Of a stretch of DNA of 61,278 bases, positions 17,586 through 27,846 are shown piece after piece. The notes beneath the pieces are model-generated. The model was given only the letters and a program-made list of their open reading frames with translations, made no database searches and was not told where the DNA came from. Position 1 is the first letter of the stretch, and every line of letters starts with the position of its first letter. The DNA is from Prasinococcaceae sp. CCMP 1430 (lineage: Eukaryota; Plantae; Prasinodermophyta), in contig RQSC01000020.1 in the NCBI GenBank assembly GCA_013416795.1, positions 142,535 to 203,812 on the forward strand. The letters are read 5' to 3'. Position numbers and translations under genes: made by a program.

Positions 17586-19805
17586 GCGCCGGGCGACCGC
17601 GCGCCGCGGCTGCACCCGCTCACGCGCGTGCCGCCGTGGCCGGTGCACAACGAGCTCGAGGCGGTCGCCGGAGCGGTGCTCTCGCAGGGCGCGCTCGGCG
17701 CCTCGGCTGGCACCGTGGCCGCGGCCGGCTGCAACGTCACCGTCGGTGCCGCGGAGGAGACGCCGCTCGATGACGGCGCGGTCGTGTCGGTCAGCGTTCG
17801 CTGCGCGGCGCCGGCGAGCACGCACTGGCTGGCGGCCTACTCACCGCCTCGCGCCAACGTCACCGCGCAAGCGCCGACAAAGTACGCCATTCTATCAAAA
17901 GTGAACTCGAGCTACCCGCAGACTGGCGAGGCCTCGGTGCATTTCTCGCTGACGGCCGCGCGAGCGGGATTCGACTTCGTGCTGTTCGCCGCCGACCCGC
18001 TCGCGCCGCACGTGTCCGAGGCCCTCGCGCGCTCCGAGGTCGTCGACTTCGCCGACGCCGATGCGCCGCTCAGACCGCGTGCCGTCTTCCTGCCGGGAGG
18101 GCGCCTGGGCGTGGCGTGGTCCTCCGGCCGCGGGGAGGAGCATGCCCCAACGCTCGGGTGGCGCGTCGAGGGGAGCGACGAGTGGACCGAGGTGGACGCG
18201 AACACGTCGACGTATTCCGCTGTGGACATGTGCGGCGGGGTCGCCGGTGGCCTCGGCTGGCGTGATCCTGGCTATGTGCACGTGGCCGCGATCGAAGGGG
18301 CCCCCGCGGGGGTGTCGCTGGACATCCGGCTGTCGGACGACACCGGGGCCACGTACGATGCCCCAACTGCGCTGCGCGTGCCGCCGGCGCCCGGGTCGGA
18401 GGGCACGCGCCTCGCGCTCTTCGCGGACATGGGGCGCGGGGACACGGACGATGCGCACACCTGGATGGAATACGGCCCTCCAGCGGTCAATGTAAGCGCC
18501 GCGCTCGCCGCCGACGGCCCTTTTGACGCCAGCTTCCTCTCTGGCGACCTGTCCTACGCGCAGGGCTTCGCGTCTGTCTGGGACGACTGGCTCCGCATGA
18601 TCGAACAGTTCGCGTCTGCCGCGCCGCTCCTTGCGAACCTCGGCAATCACGAATACGATGCACCCGCGCAGAGCTGGCCGGCGGGACGAAGGCGCGACCT
18701 GTTCTTCGGAGAAGATTCGGGCGGCGAGTGCGGCGTAGCGGCCGCTGCTCAGGTGCCCACGCCGCGAGTCGGCGTCGACCAAGCATGGTGGGCGCACGCA
18801 GTGGGGAATGTCATGATCGTGAGCATGAACACCGAGGTGGATTTCGCCTGCGGGTCGGCGCAGTGGCGTTGGCTACAGAAGACGCTTGCGGGCATTAACC
18901 GCACCGAGACGCCCTGGGTGTTGTTCGGAGGGCACCGGCCTGGTTTGATTGACTCCACCTACGACCGCGCCGCCGAGTGCTGCGGATATGGCCGCGTGCC
19001 TCCGCACTGTCTCGCGCCGCCCGATTGCAAGCTTCCCGGCGAAGACCCCTCTGATGCAGGTGTGATGGCCAGTCTTCAGAAGGAGATTGGACCGCTGCTC
19101 GAGTACTACGACGTTGATTTCGCGCTGTGGGGCCACAACCACGTGTATCAGCGCCATTGCGCGTACGCGAGGGGCCAGTGCGTGCGCAAGAGCGGCGCGG
19201 GGGGTGTATACGATGGCTCCTCGGACGTCACAGCTGGCGATGCGGGCGTGGTGCACCTCGTGGTCGGCGCCGCGGGTGCGACGCTCACCAAGAATGCGTG
19301 TGGCGCGGCATTCTCCGAAAAGGTGCACAACACGTGGGGCTACGTGCGCGTGGTGGCTCACAACGCCACGCACCTGAGCGGCGAGTTCGTCGAGGCCAAG
19401 GCCGGACCTGGCGGGCGCGTGCTCGACACTTTCGCACTGGTGCGGCCCTCGACCCCACGCGAGAAACCCACGTCACGAGCGCCGTACTGCGCGGGCGACG
19501 CGTGCGTTTGCGACTACGTCGAGGAGCGCCCCGAGGCGTTGATAGACTGCATTGGAGGCGGGGGCGGTGAGGACGACTCGACGGGCGAGCTCGTGCCCAT
19601 CATCATCGGGGCTGTGATCGTGCTCGTGGCCACTGCGGCGGGCGTATACGGCGCAATGAGACTCGTGCGGCGGCGCCGAGCGCGCGCATACGGCGCCATC
19701 GACGACAGCGCGGGCGACCTAGACGCGGCGGCCGCCGCGCTCGGCGTCGATGGGGTCGATGCGCGCACCGTCAACCCGCTCGCAGTTCCCGCTGATGAGT
19801 CCTGA
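17586..19805 (+). CDS. Purple acid phosphatase / nucleotide pyrophosphatase-type metallophosphoesterase with C-terminal TM helix (5' end in gap)
   Basis: All metal-ligand blocks are present: ADMG, GDLSYA, GNHE, GGHRP and GHNH. An FN3-like region (WRDPGYVH) precedes them, and the TM helix LVPIIIGAVIVLVATAAGVYGAM follows. Confidence 0.9.
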   Translation, partial: APGDRAPRLHPLTRVPPWPVHNELEAVAGAVLSQGALGASAGTVAAAGCNVTVGAAEETPLDDGAVVSVSVRCAAPASTHWLAAYSPPRANVTAQAPTKYAILSKVNSSYPQTGEASVHFSLTAARAGFDFVLFAADPLAPHVSEALARSEVVDFADADAPLRPRAVFLPGGRLGVAWSSGRGEEHAPTLGWRVEGSDEWTEVDANTSTYSAVDMCGGVAGGLGWRDPGYVHVAAIEGAPAGVSLDIRLSDDTGATYDAPTALRVPPAPGSEGTRLALFADMGRGDTDDAHTWMEYGPPAVNVSAALAADGPFDASFLSGDLSYAQGFASVWDDWLRMIEQFASAAPLLANLGNHEYDAPAQSWPAGRRRDLFFGEDSGGECGVAAAAQVPTPRVGVDQAWWAHAVGNVMIVSMNTEVDFACGSAQWRWLQKTLAGINRTETPWVLFGGHRPGLIDSTYDRAAECCGYGRVPPHCLAPPDCKLPGEDPSDAGVMASLQKEIGPLLEYYDVDFALWGHNHVYQRHCAYARGQCVRKSGAGGVYDGSSDVTAGDAGVVHLVVGAAGATLTKNACGAAFSEKVHNTWGYVRVVAHNATHLSGEFVEAKAGPGGRVLDTFALVRPSTPREKPTSRAPYCAGDACVCDYVEERPEALIDCIGGGGGEDDSTGELVPIIIGAVIVLVATAAGVYGAMRLVRRRRARAYGAIDDSAGDLDAAAAALGVDGVDARTVNPLAVPADES

Positions 19806-19893
19806 GGGAGAGTTGCACATTCATATGTACAGTATGGTTCCACATTATTATCCCTCCCCGGCCGCCGCTCGCTTGCGCGGCTGCACACTGCGC

Positions 19894-20567
19894 TCACTTG
19901 CCTGGCGCCCACGACTCGGGCACGAAGTTGGCGCCCGCGCCCGCTGTGGGGTCGACACCCGAGCGGCGCTTGAGCGGTTTCCGCACGTCGTCAGCGCGCG
20001 GCGCGTCCAGCGCCGCGGTCGGCGCACCGACGCGCTTGAGCTCCTCCTTGCGAAGCGAGCGTTCGGCGAAGACCGCGCGCTCGCGGGCGAGCGCGACGCC
20101 TCGCGCGCGTGCAGCGATCAGCTCCCGCCGCGCCGCGAGCTGCTTCTGTTCCTCGAGCGGCACGGGCTCCTTGCGTTGTCCCACGAGCCACGACTGCCAC
20201 TCGACGGCCAGCTCCGACGTCGCACCCACGCCGCCGTGGCTGTACTCTACCCACCGCGCCTCGCGCTGAAATTCCTGCGGTAGGGGCGCGCGCGGCCGCG
20301 TGCGCGGCAGCGCGTGTTAGCCGCGCGGCAGGACGCTGCGGGGCCAGGCGAGCGCCCGGGCCCAATCCCGCACCCCCAACCCCAATCCAAAGCTCCACAC
20401 CCACACCTTCCCATCCCACCCCACCGCACTTCCTCGCGCGCGCCCACCTTGGTCTTCGGGATGTAGAAATACTCGTTGCCCACGAGGTCCGTGCCCGCCT
20501 TGATGGCACCCTTCTCGCGGTTGAGCGCGCGCAGGAAGCGCAGCGAGCGCGCCACGAGCCCCGACAT
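19894..20567 (-). CDS. NDUFA12/NDUFAF2 (mimitin)-family complex I assembly factor; intron 20275-20447
   Basis: GTDLVGNEYF...|...RWVEY...LAVEWQSWLVGQRKEP, ending in the typical NFVPESWAPG. Confidence 0.75.
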
Positions 20568-22137
20568 GGCGCGGGGGGCGTGCGCGCGGCCGCTGCGCCC
20601 GCAGCCGCCCCCGCAGCGCACGCGGCGCGCGCACACCAGGAAGGGGGGGGGGGGGGACTGTGTGCGTGCGACGCGCGCCTGTCCAGGGGCAACCAGCAGG
20701 GCCCAAAGTGCCAAGGAGCCTCCGGGGTTGCGGGGTGGTGGGGACCCGGGCCCGGCTGGGCGCAGGGGGGAGGCGCCCTCACGGGTGCGCGGGTGCGCTG
20801 CGCCGCGCGCGCTGTGCCGCACCCCCGCGGCGCGCGCCGCCTCGCATCGCACGCGCGTGCCAAAAAAAGAAAAAACGCGTTGTTTGGGTCATTTCAGGGT
20901 TTACTGTGCTCGCTCCGCGTCTTTCTTCGAACTTCGATGTGGGTTCGAATGCGAATGAATGCGTGGGTGGATTTCGCGCGCGCGCGCGCAGAGGGGCGCG
21001 CGCGAACGACGCGCGGGGCGGCCGCGGGTGCGCCAAGCCTGCGCAAGGCGTGCAAGTCGAGCGCCGAGCTCGTCTTCGTGGAGCCGCCGCAGCCGCCGCC
21101 GCCCGCCCCAATCCGCGGGAATCCGCGCGCGACGCCGCCGGCATTCCGCGTGTTTCGTTGGCGCGGAACCCACGCATGCCAATGGTAACGTCGGTGTTGC
21201 GCATCGGCGCATCCAAACTCTCCCGTGGCTCAATAATACATACACATGAATGTTATTATTTTTCATGCACGCTCATCCGTTTTTTAGAACCATCGGTCGC
21301 TTTCACTGCAAAACACGCAAAAACCTGGATCGCGAGCCGCGTGCGGTGCCGGTCCGATGGCGCAGCGCGGGAGCGGTTTGGGGTTGCGCATATTTAGGGT
21401 GTTTACGGTAGGGTTACATTGAACGCGAAATATCCACAGGCAGGATTTCCCCCCCCCTTCCGATCCGCCACGGTGGCGCTGCGCTCCCGCGAAAAGTGCA
21501 AGATAAGGACTGCGCGGCCGGGGCGAGCGGGGGTGGGGATGGGGAGAGGGCGAGCGCGGTGCGAGCGGCCAGCAGCGGCATTCCTGGCGAGCGCCACCCA
21601 GAGCGCGATTCCCAGTCCGGCGACGAGGACGGCGCCGCCGACGCGGACGCGGACGCGGCGGACGCTTCGCGCGCGCGCTCGCGGGTCGCGAACGGGGACG
21701 CCGCGGCCAAGTCCGCGGAGGCGGCCGAAGCGCGCGCGGCTGCGGCGGAGCGCGACGCAGCGGACGCGGAGGCCGCGCTGGACGACGCGCGCGAGGAGAA
21801 TCGCGCCCTGCAGGCGCAACTGACGGAACTGGTGGGCGTGTCCATCCGTCTGGACGAGGCCGTCGAGGCCAACGCGGCGCTGCGAGCTGAAGCGGAGCGC
21901 CTGCGCGCGGACCTCGCGCGGCAGGCCGAGACGGCGGCTGCCGTCGAGCGCGCGCACGCCGCGGCGCTGGCCTCCAAGGACGACGTCGGCGCCGGCCTGC
22001 AATCGAAGCTGCTGCAAGTGCAGGCGGCGCTGGGCGAGGCCAAGGCGAGGGCGGATTTGGCGCGGACCCAGTGCGCGCGGCACAAGGCGCTGCTCGAGGC
22101 GAAGGACGCCGAGCTTCGCGCGGCGCGCGCGGCGGCC

Positions 22138-23376
22138 ATGTCGGCGCCGGAGGGGATGGACCCCCTGCGCGAGAAATTCCTCCTCTCGCAGGACAACAGG
22201 CGCAACATCCGCAACAAGTACCGCAACCTGGACCGAGCGGCGGCCGGTGCGTCGGCGCGCGCGCGGGGTGGGGCTGTGCGCGTGGGGCAGCGCGCGAGTG
22301 GCAGCGCCGCATGAGCCTGGAGACACCGCCAGACGAGGCTCGCGCGTCCGAGCAGGGCGCGCTAGAGCCCCCCCTGCGCGCGCCGCGCTCCGTTCGCACG
22401 CTGACAGACGCAATGCGCCGGCGGTGCCGTGCCGAATTGGCGAATGCGCGCGCGCCCGGCGCTGTGGCGCCTGCTCCGCCTCGCACACCGCTGCCGCCAC
22501 CCTCGACGCGACACGCACGCAGCGAACAAAGACCAGCTGACGCAGCTGGGCACCTCCGAACTGGTGGAGATGATCCAGGAGGCCAACGATATCAACAACG
22601 ACGTGGTGCACCTCCGCGAGCAGGCGACTGACTCGAGGGTGATCCTCAAGTTGAGCGAATACGCGTACGACATCGTCAAGAAGCTCAAGCCAGGGGCGGC
22701 GACCGCGAACCCGCGCGACGTCCTCGCCGGGCTCAAGCGCAAGCACGCGAGAGGCTACGACGGCAGCGACGCGGAAATTGCGGCGGGGGCATTCGACTGG
22801 GTGGGTCTCGGCGCGACGATGACCAAGTACTTCCGCGTGGCGCCGTCGCAGGGCTGCATGATGGGCCCCCTCGACGTCGAGCCCAAGGCAAAGAAGCAGC
22901 GGCAGGCGGCGCGGTACGGGCGCGGCGAGCTGGCAGAGCTCGCGACCGCTGACGAGGTGACCGAGCACAAGGAGGGCCCCACCGATACAGACCGCAACAT
23001 GACTATCATGCGGAAGGCACACAAGGCCTTCCTGAGAGAGGAGGCGCGCCAGCCCACGCTGCCGCTTGCCATCAACAACAGCTCGAGCTTCGCGCAGACC
23101 GTGGAGAACATGTTCGCGCTCTCGTTCCTGGTGCGAGACGGGCACATGGGGCTGCACGACGGCGACAGCGACGAAATCTGTGTGCACAAGCACGCGAAGC
23201 CGACCGAAGATAATTGGGCGCGGGGCGAGGCCAAGTCCACACAGTTCGCCGTGTCGTTCGACATGAAGACGTGGCGCGCAATGCAGGCGGCTGCGAGCGA
23301 GGGAAATGCCCTCATGCCCCACCGCGAGCCGGCCGACATAGCCCAGAACGCTCGGTTGATCGCCGACGATGAGTGA
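22138..23376 (+). CDS. NSE4: NSE4 kleisin subunit of SMC5/6; intron 22247-22522
   Basis: RRNIRNKYRNL, REQATDSRV, FDWVGLG...FRVAP...MMGPLDVEPK and SSFAQTVENMFALSFLVRDG are present. Confidence 0.8.
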
Positions 23377-23620
23377 ACGCGCGCACGCGCGTGCGCTGGT
23401 GCCCACTCTCCCGGGCATGTCGGCGGGTTGGCTTGTAATATTCCATGTGAGCAACGATGTGCCGCTCCCGCCTTCGAGAGCAGCGCTGTGCGGGTACGGT
23501 CCGTGCGCCCACGTCCACGACCCTGCAACTCGCTTGCGCTCGCGCGCGCGCGCGCGCCTGGCTTCTTCACCTACCCCACACGCATTGATTACTCCGCTCC
23601 GCAGCTGCTCGCTCGTGCGC

Positions 23621-24275
23621 TCACTTCGCGGCCAGACCCGGCACGGAACCGATGAGATCCTTCAGGCCAGATTTGACCTCGTCGAGCTTCGAGTCGAAAT
23701 ACTCTTTGCTCTTCTCCAGCCCCGCCACGTCGGTGTCGATCTTCGAGTTGGCCTCGATGAGCTCGTCCTCAACCGTGGTCTGCACGCCGCAGAGCGCAGC
23801 GGGTAGGGCACGAGCGCAGTGTTCGCGAAGACGATCTGCTGTCAGTCCTTTCTGCGCGCACCCGATGCCGGCATAGCATCCACACAAGGGGTTTTGAGCG
23901 CATTCACACGCGTGGCATTGTGGCGCGCCCGTGTTCTCGCTCGCGGCGTCGCACGCCTTTGTGCTCGCTCGCTGCGTCCGTAGCGCACGCCCCGCTCGCC
24001 GCTGCAAGCAGCGACACGCGACCACAGTGCCGTCGGCGCGTTGTCGCCGCGCGACGCACCTTGTCGCGCAGCACAAACATCTTGCCGACCGCCTGGTACG
24101 TCTTGGTCTCCTCTGGCAGCTCGTTGAGCTCCGAGAGCACGAAGACGTTCTGGCGCTTGTCCTTCATCTTGTTCTGCGCTTGCATGACTGTCTGCTTCTG
24201 TTTGGTGGAGAGCTCCATCATGCGCTCCTGAAGCTCCATCAGCTGCTCACGCTTCTCCTGCGGCAGGGAGTTCAT
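23621..24275 (-). CDS. PFDN1: Prefoldin subunit 1 (beta type); intron 23780-24059
   Basis: Coiled coil, ELNELPEETKTYQAVGKMFVL, second coiled coil LEKSKEYF. Confidence 0.8.
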
Positions 24276-25125
24276 GGCTGCCGGCCGGAAGTGGTTGGGG
24301 GGCAGGCGGCGGATGGCAGCAGCCGCGAGTGAGGGGCTCTTGGCGGGTCTCGCCGGGCGCGGGCGCGCGGGGTGCGTGCGTGGGCCGGCGCCGCGATGCC
24401 ACAGCCACCTTCCATGGTGCTAGGTGCGACAGTGTCTCGCTAGCTAGCTCCCGCCGGCCGCGCCGATCGCGCGCGCGCGCCCCGCATGCGTTTCGAGCTG
24501 CAACTTTTCGTGTCAAAACTGGTATCGCGGAGGCGACCGCGTGCGCTGCCGGTCAATGCAACAAAATGCGCCTTCCGCCGCCTGCCGAGCCACACCATGG
24601 GGGGAAAAATGTAAAAACGCGGATTACGTGCGTGCGAGCGCCCTGGAATAGTCTCACTCATCCATTAGTACGACTAATAGAAATGAATGCGCAGCCCGGT
24701 GGTGCGGCGTCAGGCCCATGCGAAATCTCTTCCGCGAAATGAAAGTCGCTGCATTCTCTTGTGCGTGGGCGCGCATGTGTTTTGATGGCGGTCTGAGGGT
24801 CGCCAATTCGTTTCGAGGGACGTTGCCGTTCCCCCAGCGCGCGCGAACGCGCGCGCCTGGCAGCGCCGCCCGGCCCGATGCGGCGGCGCGGCGCGGCCGC
24901 CAGGCGTGCAGCGTGGTGTGTGCGTGGGGGGAATGGGATGGGATGGAATGGGATGGGGTGTGGATGGCGCGGTCCGAGCGGCGGGCGTTCGTCTGCCTGT
25001 CGCGGCCATGGGCCGGCGCGACGCCCTCCGTCGCCACACGCGCGGAGAGGTGCGGGCGCCGCCGAGGCGAGCGGCGCGGAGGCGCGCGGCACGCCCGCGG
25101 CGCGCCCGCGGCAGGCCGCGTGGCC

Positions 25126-25935
25126 ATGCCCGACTATGGCGACAAAGGCTTCTGGGACGCGCGGTACGCCGACATTCCCACCGGGGGCAAGCTCGACGGA
25201 CTTTTTGACTGGTACAACGACTGGGACGCCATTGAGCCAGTGGTCGCTTCCGAGGGCATGCTCGAGTCGCAGGAGTTGGTGGCGCTCTCCGTTGGCTGTG
25301 GCAACTCGTCGCTCAGTGAGAAGATGTACGACGCGGGCTACCGCCACGTGGTGGGCGTGGACTTTTCCGAGTCTGTGATTGAGCACATGCGCGCGCGTGC
25401 GAGGCGGGCACGGCCGGAGCTGAAGGTACCGAGCGCAACCGCTCATGCGCCCCAGCGAGCGCGTGGCGAGGCGAAGGGCCCGTGCCCGGCTCTTGACATG
25501 CAGGCGCTGACGCACGCCCCGACACCCGCATTGCGCCTGCAGTACGAGGTGATGGACGTGCGCGAGCTCCGATTCGGCGACGAGGCCTTCGACTTGATCG
25601 TCGACAAGGGCACGCTCGACTCTGTGGTATGTGGAACAGATGTGAAGAAAGCTGTCAGTGAGTACCTGACGGGGCTGAGCAGAGTGCTGCGCTCGGGTGG
25701 CCTGCTGCTGGTGATGAGCTACGGCCGCCCCGACGACCGCAAGTTCTATCTCGAGGAGGACAGGTACGACTGGACCGTCGAGGCCAAGACTATCCCAAAG
25801 CCCAAGCTGAAAAACCTGCAAGAGGGCATATCGGAGGACTTCACCGTCGCGGACTATTCGGCGGCAGGTGGCGGAGGCTCGGACGAAGACACCCACTTCA
25901 TATACAAAATGCGCAAGCGACAAGCGCAGGACTGA
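25126..25935 (+). CDS. Class I SAM methyltransferase, EEF1AKMT4/METTL13-N-like; intron 25426-25542
   Basis: YGDKGFWDARY, FDWY, VGCGNSSLSEKMYDAGY, VDFS, MDVREL and FDLIVDKGTLD are present. Confidence 0.85.
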   Translation: MPDYGDKGFWDARYADIPTGGKLDGLFDWYNDWDAIEPVVASEGMLESQELVALSVGCGNSSLSEKMYDAGYRHVVGVDFSESVIEHMRARARRARPELKVPSATAHAPQRARGEAKGPCPALDMQALTHAPTPALRLQYEVMDVRELRFGDEAFDLIVDKGTLDSVVCGTDVKKAVSEYLTGLSRVLRSGGLLLVMSYGRPDDRKFYLEEDRYDWTVEAKTIPKPKLKNLQEGISEDFTVADYSAAGGGGSDEDTHFIYKMRKRQAQD

Positions 25936-26037
25936 GCGCGCGCGTATAATATCCCTGTGCCACCCGCTGTGCGCGTGGGCGCTTTTTGCACCAATGAAGC
26001 ATTACTATACTGCCTGTCACGCCCGGCGCGCCCATCC

Positions 26038-27494
26038 TCATTCGCCAGCTCCACCTAGCGCCTCGAGGAGCGTGGCGCATCCCTTTGTGGTGTGTGCCCG
26101 CTCGCCGAGAGCGCGCCGCAGCACGGGTAGCGCCTCGGCAGCGAGAGCAGCCGCAGCGTCGACGTCACCAGCGGCGGCAGCAGCGGCAGCGGCAGCGTAC
26201 AGATCCGCCGCAGGTCGCGGATGGCCCTCTGGATGAAGTGCCGAGCGCCTCGCAGCATTTTGGGAGTACTGAGAGGCTGCGAACGCGAGCTCGCCCGCGG
26301 CGAGCGCTGCAGTAGCGGCCGCATCGCCCGCGCGCAGTGCGTCCGATCCGCCCGCGCGCTCGAGCGCCGGCAGAGCGCTGCGTAGCAGCGCCAGCTCCTC
26401 GGCAGGGTCTTCCTCGGCCGCAGCTTTGTCTAAGCTGGCGCGCGCTTGGCGCAGGGCATCGTCGTCAGCGCTGTTGACAAGTCCCGCACCCGCCGTTTCT
26501 GTCTCATCGCTCTCGTCCGCAGCTGCCGCTGCGCCATTTGCCTCGGCCACGCAGCGCTCGCATTCGCAGTCGAAGCCGTAATCTGAAGACAACTCCGCGC
26601 GCCGGGTGCCGCGCGCCGCCTCAGCGTCCACGTAACAGTGCGTGAGCTCCTCTCCCTCGCCAATGTCGCGCAGTGCTCGGAAGACCTGCACGCGGCCAAC
26701 TTTCCCGGCGCCTCCGTTCTCGGGCGGCTCGTAGGAGAGGAAGCAGTTCGGCGAGCACGAGCTATTGAGCATCGCGCCTTCTGGGTACACAGCCGCGGCG
26801 ACGACCTCTTGCGACGCGAGCGCGCCCACGAGCACGCCAAAATTGTTTGAGTCGAAAGCCAACAGGCAGTCGTATGGTTTCGGGAGTCCGGCGGCCTGCT
26901 CGCCTTCCGGAACGAGCTTGGCGGCCGTGGCTATCTTGTACGCTGTCATGCGCGCTTGCACGCGCGCGACGTCCGCAGGGGAGACCTTCGTCATCGCCCC
27001 GGCCTTCATCCTCTCCTCCGGGCCATTGGGAGCCGGTCGCAACGCACACAGACGCTCGCGGGCGGCCGCATCGGCGGATGCCGCGCGCAACGCGCGGCCG
27101 AGGAGCAAGGCCTGCGTCTTCGCACTTGAGTCGGCGTCCGCAATGTCGGCGTTGCTCTTGCCAACGCCGTACTCTCGCAGCACCCTCAGTCTGGAGCACT
27201 CGAGCTTGTGCCAGCCCTTCCACGCCGCCATCTGGCACGCACGCGAGCAATACCTTTCCTCCTCGCAGCGCCCGCACTTCGAGAGTGCGCCGGTGCCGGC
27301 CCCGGCCGCCGCCGTGTCAGCATAGCACACAGCGCATCTCGCCGCGCGCAGCTCCCATCGCAGCGCCGCCGCGAGCGGCCACCGCGCGAGCGCTCGCTCG
27401 CCGGCGGCAGCGCGGCGAGAGCCGCTCGGCCGCCGCCGCAGCCCACCGACCGGCCGCACGCCGCGTCGGGGCCCAGGTCCAGCGCTGCTGCCAT
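26038..27494 (-). CDS. SET and MYND domain (SMYD) lysine methyltransferase; apparent frameshift near 27410
   Basis: MYND finger CAVC...CGRC...YCSRACQ..AW..WHKLEC, SET motifs NSSCSPNC and ELTHCY, and post-SET YGFDCECERC. Confidence 0.85.
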
Positions 27495-27846
27495 GACCAC
27501 TCCCGCCGGCCCCCGGCGTGCCGGCGCGGGCGGGGGCGGGCCGCCGGGAGCGTGCGTGCTGTGGCCACTCTCAAATTTGATGGCGTTTTTGCGTGCCTGT
27601 TCTGAAGCTCCTCTCGGCGCCGCGCCAGAGGGCGCGCGCGGCGCGTGGGGGGAGCCCCCCCACCCCCACCCCACCCATCCACCGACCCACACCGGCCGCC
27701 GCGAGCCAGGCCCTCTGCCCTCGCTGGCGTGCCCTCGGGCGGGGCGGCGCGGACGAGGGGCGGACCCGCAGGGCGGGTTGGGTGGGGCGGCGGGGCTGCC
27801 CGGCCCTGCGGAGGGCCGCACGGGGCCGGTGGTGGGGCGGGCGGGC

